Assembly: GCF_009914755.1 (NCBI RefSeq)
Contig: NC_060932.1
Strand: one strand, 5' to 3'
Length of the DNA stretch: 64,000 nucleotides
DNA from: the human T2T-CHM13v2.0 reference genome, Homo sapiens
This document shows positions 53,426 through 64,000 of this stretch, in pieces (the first letter of the stretch is position 1; each line of letters starts with the position of its first letter). The notes under the pieces are model-generated. The model saw only the letters and a list, made by a program, of their open reading frames with translations, had not been told where the DNA came from and did no database searches. The position numbers and the translations under genes are program-made.

Positions 53426-54866
53426 GGTGTTGCATATCTTCATTGGTCAAATGCAGAATAAAGTCATGCATAAACTAAGGGCTTCAATGGGAAGCCTATA
53501 TACCCCTACTTCTCTGTCATAGGATTTGAGGGCTTCAGCATGAAGGTACCAGCTGTCAGAGTACTCAGGTGATGCTCAGAGAGGGGAGATTGTCCTCTAC
53601 TAGATTTCTTTCTGGGGCCTTTGTTTCTTCCAGGAATCCCAGCAACAGTCATTTCACTCATCCTATTTTTACACCTTGGAGTCAAATAATGAGGAAGTAC
53701 ACTGCTCTCTAGTTCAGAGAGGGCAGCTCTGAGCCCTTACAGTTTTGCAATGAGCTAGGAAACAAACCCTGGCTTCCTGATTTTGCAGTTCATTTATCTC
53801 AAGCACCAAATGTCCAATTACTAATATTTACACAGGGATTTCTGACAGCAGGTGTATAGGAAGTGATAAGCCCAGGATGAAGCCTGAGCCAAGAAGAACT
53901 CTTCAGAGAGCAGCTGAGAGTCCACGAGTAACATGGAGAACCAGAACCACCGAAGCCCAGCCATGAGGAGGCTGGGTTAGACCCTGGCTCCCTGGGTCAC
54001 CAGCTGTGCCCTCTGGACAGCTTATCTGTTTATCCATTTCCTCAGCTGAGAAATGAATTTGAAAATACTCACCTAACTCTTTAGTGGGACCTTGTAAGAA
54101 TCAAATGACATAGTGGACAGAAAAGTAGTTTGAAAGGAAGAACATAACAATAGGAATGTAACAAGTTACACAAATCAACAGAACTCAGATCAACTATAAA
54201 AAAAGACATTTTGAGGAAAATTGGGAAATGCTTAAATATAGACTGCTATTTGGCATTAGATGATACCAAATATTTTTTTTTTAGTTTTCTTAGGTCTAAA
54301 TATGGCATCATAGTTATGTAAAATCTTTAGAAATCACACTGAAATATGTAGCAATGAAATGACATGATGTATAGGATTTGCTTTAAACTACTTCAATGAC
54401 AGAAACAAAGGGACAGATGACGTACATGTGGCAAAATAACTGTTGAAATTCAGTGAGAAGCTTATGAGGCATCATTATACCCTTCTCTCTACTTTTTTTG
54501 CATACTTGAAATTTTTTGAGAATAAAAAATAAACAATGTAGTGTTTTCTGGGACTCAACACCTTCGCTGATGGTCATGTCTATCTAGAGCACAGAAAATC
54601 TGTTTCCTTCACAAAGCCCTTCCACACTGGCCATCTAGAGGTCAAAGGACAAGGACTTGGGAAGAGGCCAGGAGAGGCCAGTTGGAAAGAAAATAAAAGG
54701 AAGCATCTTTGCAGAATCTCCTATCTGTGATACTTAAAATGTCAGCCAATGTGTGGTGTTAAGTACGTTTTGTTTTCAGACCTGAGTTTCATACTCAACT
54801 TTGCCACTCAATGCCTAAGTGACCTTAGACTAAGTCACTTTCTAACACAAAGTTACAGGGAAGCAA

Positions 54867-55222
54867 ATGCACATGCATGCACAAACACACATATACATAT
54901 ACACACGTGCACACATGCGTGCACACACATACACACAAGTGCACAAACGCGCACACACACATACACATGCAAACATGCACACAAACACAAATACACATAT
55001 ACACATACAGGTGTGCACACATGCACACAGGAATACATATGCACACACATTGCGTGCACACACACGTGCCCGCGCACACACACCTGTGTGCGCATATAAA
55101 CACACACCGGTGCACACACATACACAAACACACTCGTGTGGAGACACACACATGCACACATACATGTGCCCACACATACACGTGCACACATGCATACACA
55201 AACGTGCGCGCGTGCACACACA
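54867..55222. repeat. Degenerate (CA/TG)n alternating purine-pyrimidine tract (~355 bp)
   Basis: Mixed CA, TG, CG and TA dinucleotides; it produces the His/Thr and Cys/Val ORFs in the track. Confidence 0.95.
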
Positions 55223-55799
55223 GATTAGTGAGACTCAATTTCCTTGGGGAGAGCCTTGGTAGCCACTGGGGCCCATGGGGAGCACGCATCTTGTCATGGC
55301 TCTGGTGGCCATTCCAGGGCAGATACTAGGGACCAGGAAGAGGAACGGGACAAAGGTGAGGAGAAAGATTAAAAATTTAGTCAAGTTAGGATCCAGTGAG
55401 TCAGTCACTTATCTGGGAACTGACCAGGGAAATGAACTCTTCCTCTTCCACCCTAAACCCCAACCCTGACCATTAAGTACATGATACACCATCAATAACT
55501 AATTCATTCCACCAAAGATGACAAATGTTGTTTTGGGGTTCCAGGACGGACAGGCTAGCAGTGGTGTAGGGGAGGGGCCTGGAGTAAGAGGTATGGGTTT
55601 CAGTCCCCACATTGACTAACTCAGTGACCGTGAGCCTCAGCGTTTTTCTTCCTCTGGGAGAAAAAAAAAAAAAGTATTGTTTTTGAGATCTCTGCAGTTT
55701 CAAGATCTTAGGGACGAAACTAATTTGGAGCATGTTTCTGTCATGCACATCTCTCCCCTCATCAGGACTTGGGGTTTCCTAACCATATTGAGTAGTTCA

Positions 55800-57300
55800 G
55801 CCCCCTCCCTCGCCGTGTTCTGCGGTGTTCTCTTCCTCACACCCTCGCCCCGCTCCGCCCCGCACTCCGGCTGTTTTTTGATGGTCTTAGCTCGGGCACG
55901 GAGAGGAGGGAACCTCGCTTGTTCTCCCAATCATCTCTATTCCAGCGCTGATTCCTGGGACACCTCGAGCAGGCAGCCACACCCAGAGGGCTTCCAAATT
56001 TGGGCTGGTGAGAAGGGGCGCGGTGGGCAAAGCGCCTGCGTAAAAGTTGTAGGCACTTCAGACCACCGGACCAACGGCTCAAGATTGGGATCAGCTGTAG
56101 CCGTGGGTTCGCTCGTGCCCGTTCTTTCCAACTCCAGGGCTTCTAGGTGATGAAGGCGGGAGAGGGTCCCTGGTCCCCGGAGAGGCAGGGCGACTTGGGA
56201 GTGCATACCTGGCGTGCCGAGAGCGCCTCTGCTCCCGCAGGACTCACGGCGCTCCCGCGCTCCCAACAGCCTTTCGAGCAGGCTGGGGGTTGAACCGGGT
56301 TCAAGCAGTGGACGCTACAGCTCCCGGGCGCAGCCCCCGGGGTCCCCGCCCCCACTCCGTCCCAGCCCAGCACGCTCTACATCCCCAAAACCACAGCCCC
56401 GAGGGCAGTCACTGTCTCCCGACCCGTCCCCCGCGTGCCCCACTCCTCAAAGCCAGAATTCCGGAGACGCTGTCCCTGGAGCCACGCTGCACTCTCCAAG
56501 ACGCCCAGCACACACCGAGACTTGACGGGCTCTGTCCCGCCTGATTACGGGCGCTCGGGACGATCCAGGGACCCAGCGCCTCGCTCCCCGGGCGCGCCAG
56601 CAGCCGCGCCGCGCCCGGCCCGTACGAGGTGGGGTTGGGCGGGGCCGCCCGGGGCGGCAGGAGGACCCGTTAGCCTGCACGTCCTCGCATCGCTCCCCGC
56701 AAGAAGTCTTTGGGAACCCCCAGGCACTGTCGAGAGGCAGCCCCGCGCAGGACGAAGCCTGGAGACCCCATAGGGACGCTCCCGCTTTCTCGCGAACCGC
56801 TTCGGGGAGGGGGTGGCGCGGGAAGCGCTCTTACTTGGTTTCAGGGATCCGCAGTGGCCGGGCTGGGACCGCGCTCTCCACGGTGGTCCCCCTCCGCTTC
56901 CGCCGCCGCTGAGCCCCTTTCTCGAGCAGAGGGGGCGGCTCTGGTCTCCGATGGCTGGAGAAAGCAAGCACCAAGCGTAGGTAGCCGCGCGCTGGAGTCG
57001 CGCGTTTACTCTTTTCCCCCTTACTTTTAACTAGAGGAGGATGGCAAACCCCTCCCCGGACCCACCCCCTTCCCCGAAGGCGGCCGCCGCAGCAGGCCCG
57101 GCCTCCGGCCTCTTTTGTTGTAATTCGAGAGCGGCCACTCCCAGGGCCAGAGGGAGCTCCGCGGGGGAGGCCAAGGCCTGCGGGGCAGCCCTTCCCAGGC
57201 TCCTCGCGCCCGGGTTTCCGGAGCCTGAGATGCCGGGAAGGGGGCCTTTCCTCGGGAGATTCCTCTACCCTTTCCTCCCTGCAGCCGTCCCAGAATTTAA
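55800..57300. promoter_or_regulatory. CpG island / LOXL2 promoter
   Basis: Very high GC and CpG density with many GC boxes (e.g. CCCCGCCC near 56344, GGGCGGGG near 56637); TATA-like TTAAAAG on the minus strand at 57030-57024, about 25-30 nt upstream of the inferred TSS. Confidence 0.9.
56835..57000 (-). other. LOXL2: LOXL2 non-coding exon 1 (TSS approximate)
   Basis: Donor CCAA|GTAAGA at 56835/56834 inside the CpG island; no ATG in the exon; the junction ...GAAACCAA|AAAGCTCC matches my recollection of the LOXL2 mRNA leader. The 5' end is inferred. Confidence 0.8.
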
Positions 57301-58370
57301 CCCTTCGATGTCCTTATCCACCAGCCTTAGGGCCCGTGCCTTGTCCACCTCCTATCCCGAAAACCCTGGCCCTCCTTGGCACATAATACACGCTCAATTA
57401 AAGCTGCCGAATGAAAGTGTTCAGAAACTTGCACCCATCTCGCCTGGGTTTCACCTCCCTTTTCCTGTAGGGGGAAAACCGATCCTGAACCAGTAAATAA
57501 ACAGCCCCCTTTCGGCCAGCAGATCACGTCTATGGCCTTGGCCAAGCCTCTTCTCCGAGGACTAGTTTTCTTCTTTGTAAATTCAACGCTTTGGATTCCG
57601 TGACCTCTGGGGTCCTTCCTGGAATGGTAGGGCTGGGATTAACAAGCCCTGTGCTTGGGGACTGAACAGGACACAGCTAATGCGTGGCCATTGTGCAGAA
57701 GGACCTCCTGTGCCTGGCTCTGAGGCTCCGGGTGGGGGATGGGCATGCTGGGAGAGCCCTCTGCACAGAGAGGGCTCCTTAAGCAAGAGCAGGGCTTTGC
57801 CAGTCCCAAGGAGGCAGCGAGCTGCAAAACAAGGGACCCCTGTGCAGAAGTAGACTGTCACCTGAAAGGCGGCTCCTTCCTCAGTCCTCTCTTACTCCAC
57901 TCCCTGAGGAGACAAACCCCTCCCAAATCTCACCTCCAGCCCAGGCTTCTCTCCTAAGCCATGGATATTTAAATCCATTGGCCCCGAAAGACTTTCACCT
58001 GGACATTCCCATGGCCGTAGCTAACCTGGCAAGCCCCAAACTTGGCACTGCAACTCACGGTCCACCTTGACTCCTGTGAGCTCTCCCAGGCAGATATGGG
58101 GTCTTCTCCGTTGCCTCCTCCTTACCCTCCCCACTGATCAGTCCCTGACTCTGGTGGGCAGTAGAGGGCAAGGGTCAGAGGAAGGGGGTGTAGTTATCAA
58201 AGGCAGGAGGAGGGATCTTTGTGGTGGTGGAACTATTCAGTGTCTTGAGATACAGAAAACCACACAGGTGATAAAATTGTATAGAACGTAATACACCCAA
58301 TAAAATTTCAATTAAAAATTTAAAAAAATCCTCCGTGGCTCCAAGGTCCTCAAAATGTAATCTGAATCCT

Positions 58371-58683
<313 letters not shown>

Positions 58684-58779
58684 TTAAGCTGACAGGGCCT
58701 CTGGGGCATTTCCAGCCTGCCCAACTGCCAACCACATCTCACCTCTCCCCCTGGGCCTTACTTTCTGTGCTCCTATAAG

Positions 58780-58925
58780 CCTTCTATTTCACACCCCAGG
58801 ACCTTTGAACGTGACATTCCCTTGGCTTCTCTGCACAGTAATGCCTGGTTATTGAGCTTTCACTCAGCTGTCACACCCTACACAGTGCCTGGACGTACCA
58901 GATGCTCAATAAATGCTGGTGAAAC
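58780..58925 (+). mobile_element. L2 3' fragment
   Basis: cacagtgcctggacgtaccagatgctcaataaatgctggtgaa L2 tail. Confidence 0.65.
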
Positions 58926-59211
58926 TGAGCTCTCCCCTTTCCCCATCTCCCATCCTTCCACTTCTAGTCCTACCCTCTCTTGCTAAAGCATTCACTAATA
59001 AGGTAGAAAATGAAAGGAGACCAACTTTGTAAATAATCTTTTGTCTGTTATAAAGAAAAGCAAACTTCTTGTGAAATATTCAGAAAATATGTAAAATGTA
59101 AGGAAGAAATTGTCACTCTGGTGTCTTATCACCCATAAACACCTACTGTTTGGAGTCTTTCCTTCAGAATATTTGTTCAACCAAATTGTAGTTACAGTTT
59201 TTGTATCCTGA

Positions 59212-59515
59212 TTTTTTTTTTTTTTTTTTTTTGAGACAGACTCTAGCTCTGACTCCCAAGCTGGAGTTCAGTGGCGCAGTCTCGGCTCACTGCAACCTCC
59301 CCCTCCCAGGTTCAGCTTCCCAAGTCTGTCTCAGCCTCCCGAGTAGCTGGGATTACAGGCATGTGCCATCACGTGTGGCTAATTTTTGTATTTTTAGTAG
59401 AGACAGGGTTTCACCATGCTGGCCGGGCTGTCCTTGAACTCCTGGTTTCAAGTGATCCACCCACCTCTGCCTCCCAAAGTGCTGGGATTACAGACGTGAG
59501 CCACTTCACCTGGCC
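59212..59515 (-). mobile_element. AluS-like
   Basis: Reverse Alu; TSD CTGATTTTTTTT. Confidence 0.88.
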
Positions 59516-60259
59516 TCTGATTTTTTTTACTATATCATTTTGTGTTAATTTTTCAATGTAATTTTTAATGGTTTTAGACAGTTCTGGTCTGAAATTATTG
59601 TGCAATGGAGTCATTTCTCCATTATTGGATATTCAGTTGTTTACAGCTTTTTGCTAGTGTAAATTACGCCATGACAATTACCCCTGTGAAAGTAATATTT
59701 ATTGATTGGGTACAGTGTGGTTCCTGCTAATTGTTACAGATGAGAAAGCCCTGGCTCAGAGAAGTGATTTTCCCAGCGTCACAGAGGCAGGGAATGGCCG
59801 AGCTGGGAGAACCAAAAGGAGCTTGACTCGTCCAGCAAGTATTAGTGGCCCACACTGGAGGCCTCAGTAAGTCCATCTCTGCCTTACCATGTCCTCACTT
59901 CCAAGAGGAAATGAGTAGAGTATCTGAAGTTTGCACTGAGTGTTTTATTGATGCCCTTTTGTTGAATTGAAATCAAGACCTAGGAGACTACTTCAGGACA
60001 ACAGTAGACCCTTGTCCCAGATGAAACAAAATGATGGCGGGATGCCTTATGTCTGTAAGTCTGGATACACCTCCCACCCTGCCACCTCCACCACTCAGGT
60101 CCTGCACTGCTGCAGAGGCAGAGTCGTACAGTAGGTTCAGGGCATGCTTGTGCAGTCAGGGGGCCTGGGTTCAAATCTTGGCTCCACCATTAACTGATGT
60201 GAACTCCCTTTTCCTTCACATGCTTCATCTGTAAGAAGCGCCTCAAAATGCTCCTAAGA

Positions 60260-60555
60260 GGTTGAGTGGAGTGGCTTAAGCTTGTAATCTCAGCACTGTG
60301 GGAGGCCAAGGTGGGTGGGTTGCTTGAGTCCAGGAGTTTGAGACCAGCCTGGGCAACATGGCAAAACCCTGTCTCTACAAAAAATATAAAAATTAGCCAG
60401 GCGTGGTGGTATGGGCTTGTAGTCCTAGCTACTTGGGGCGCTGAGGCAGGAGGATCACTTGAGCCCAGGAAGTCAAGGCTGCATTTGAACTGAGATCATG
60501 CCACTGCACTCCAGCCCGGGTGACAAAGCGGTATCTGTTAAAAAAAAAAAAAAAA
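60260..60555 (+). mobile_element. AluJ-like
   Basis: Diverged Alu with poly-A. Confidence 0.87.
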
Positions 60556-61342
60556 GCTCCAAAGGAGTAAAAGGACTGAATGGGCTCAGACTCAGAACAG
60601 TCCCTCGTATGGTACTTGGACAATAAATGTTGCGTTGTGAGGAGGGCATCTTTGAGGAGGGCACAGTGACTCCTTGTCCCTCAGGGCTTCAGACCCCACA
60701 CAGGGAGAGGGAAGGCAACACCTCCTGTCCACCCCATCCCCAGGGGTCATGTGAATTACTGCATTAGGATCCATTCCCAGAATGTGATTACTGAGTCAAA
60801 GGCTAGAGGCGATTCTTTCTTTTTTTTCCCTTGGCTTTTGCACTCTCTTGCCAAATCACTCTCCTACCAGTCTGGACCGACTTAGATTGAAAGAAGCATA
60901 GCATGTCCCAGTAGGCATAGCCTGAGGCTCCAGGGAGGCCCAGCCAATGCTGTAGCCGGTCTGTGCCTTCATGGTGCTTATATGCCAGAGTAGGAGACTG
61001 ACAAGACACAAAGACACAGAAATGAGGAAATGTGGGAGTCGGTTGGTGACAGAGTGCTACAGAGAAGACTAAAGCTGGTGAGCACAGAAGGTGAAGGAGG
61101 CTCAGGTGCTAGTCCAGTAGGGGTGGCCAGGGAAGGCCCGTCTGATGAAGTGGGAAAGTAGGAATAATTTTAGTAGGTATTAGTAATGATTACTTAGATG
61201 AATAAAAATGCAGAAACGAGTAGTTAAATTTATAGAACTGCAGAAGAGGCTCCATATGGTCTATTTGTTGAATTAAATGGGGAACCAATCAACCAACCAA
61301 ACAAACATTGATCCAGCCATCTGGGAAGGTGATTTGGAAATA

Positions 61343-63185
<1,843 letters not shown>

Positions 63186-63899
63186 TATATGTCAAGGGGT
63201 GGGTGTTCGATCTGGCCTTGGGAAGGGGATGGTCACATAGATCACATATTCCAGTGTTCCTGTGTTGGCCAGATATCTATCAGGTCCTATGATGTGGCTT
63301 CCGTGTTTCTCATCATTCCAAATCTGAGCATTCTGTCACAACCACTTTTGATGAGTGTGGTTTCATCAGAGGAGAGAATGCGGAGGAGGAGGAGAACTCC
63401 CGCCTCCTCCGAGGAAGCAGCGCCCCTTAGTGGTCTGTCTCTCACACGGCAATGTGCGCTTGCTCTCTTCAGGGCCAAGCTATACCAATGGGGTTGAAAC
63501 CCTAAAATTCTAGAGATTTAAAGGGTTAAGATCTAAAGAGCCGCCAGGTAACTTGAGAAATTGTGCTCCAAGCATCTTGTTTACAGACATGGAACCAGAG
63601 GCCCAGAGAGCTGTCAACCCGAGCACCTTCCCTAGGAGGCTTTAGCAGGGGTGCTGAGACCAGACCCAGACCAAGTCAGCTAAGCCCCAGGAGAGTTCCA
63701 AATCTGCTCAGAAAGTACAATTGTAAATTGCATATGTATGCAATCAGGAGTGGTTAGGACGCATCTGCCTTTTTCCCAGGAAACACAACGTTTTTACATT
63801 GAAAAGTGTAATTTCATTTAATCTATTTTCTAGGATGTAAAATTATTCTGTCAACCACAGTGTGCTAACTTCATCCCTTTCCTTTTCTTTTGCTTACTT

Positions 63900-64000
63900 T
63901 ATTATTATTATTGTTATTACATATATTTTTTAAGACAGAGTTTCACTCTTGTTGCCCAGGCTGGAGTGCAGTGATGCAATCTCGGCTCACTGAAACCTCC
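63900..64000 (-). mobile_element. Alu (3' end; truncated by the window edge)
   Basis: Reverse Alu tail and right arm. Confidence 0.85.

Noticed and set aside
54749-55329. His/Thr-rich and Cys/Val-rich ORFs (metallothionein-like appearance)
   Set aside because: Artefacts of the stop-poor CA/TG repeat, open in nearly all frames.
56835-57000. Upstream AUG uORFs in the LOXL2 leader
   Set aside because: There is no ATG in exon 1 or in the exon 2 UTR part.
55677-57545. Many Pro/Arg/Gly-rich ORFs in the CpG island
   Set aside because: GC-rich sequence lacks stops; there is no homology or coding signature beyond the in-frame UTR noted in findings.

Overview
Human (primate) genomic DNA containing the 5' half of LOXL2 (lysyl oxidase-like 2; from memory chr8p21.3) on the minus strand. 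It includes a CpG-island promoter with non-coding exon 1 (~57000-56835), a 35.5-kb intron 1, exon 2 (21314-20877; ATG at 21231, signal peptide plus start of SRCR domain 1), and exon 3 (13146-12971; rest of SRCR1, ending at a non-canonical GC donor). Intron 3 runs off the left edge. The rest is mostly transposon-derived: about 35 Alus, a full-length but inactivated sense-oriented L1PA (26840-32967), old L1M, L2 and L3/CR1 fragments, MaLR solo LTRs (THE1, MST, MLT1), MER33, MER5 and Tigger3b. I see no prokaryote-type system. The best leads are: (1) exon 2 is 438 nt and stop-free around a back-splice junction, so an Alu-flanked circRNA would carry an endless ORF; (2) a 42-bp-arm L2-derived pre-miRNA-like hairpin in intron 3; (3) sense L1 and THE1B promoters with intact splice donors upstream of the ATG exon; (4) a 5'UTR fully open in frame; (5) an HRE/MRE-dense CA tract; and (6) several unusual nested or same-site retrotransposition scars. 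Repeat subfamily calls are by eye and their boundaries are approximate.
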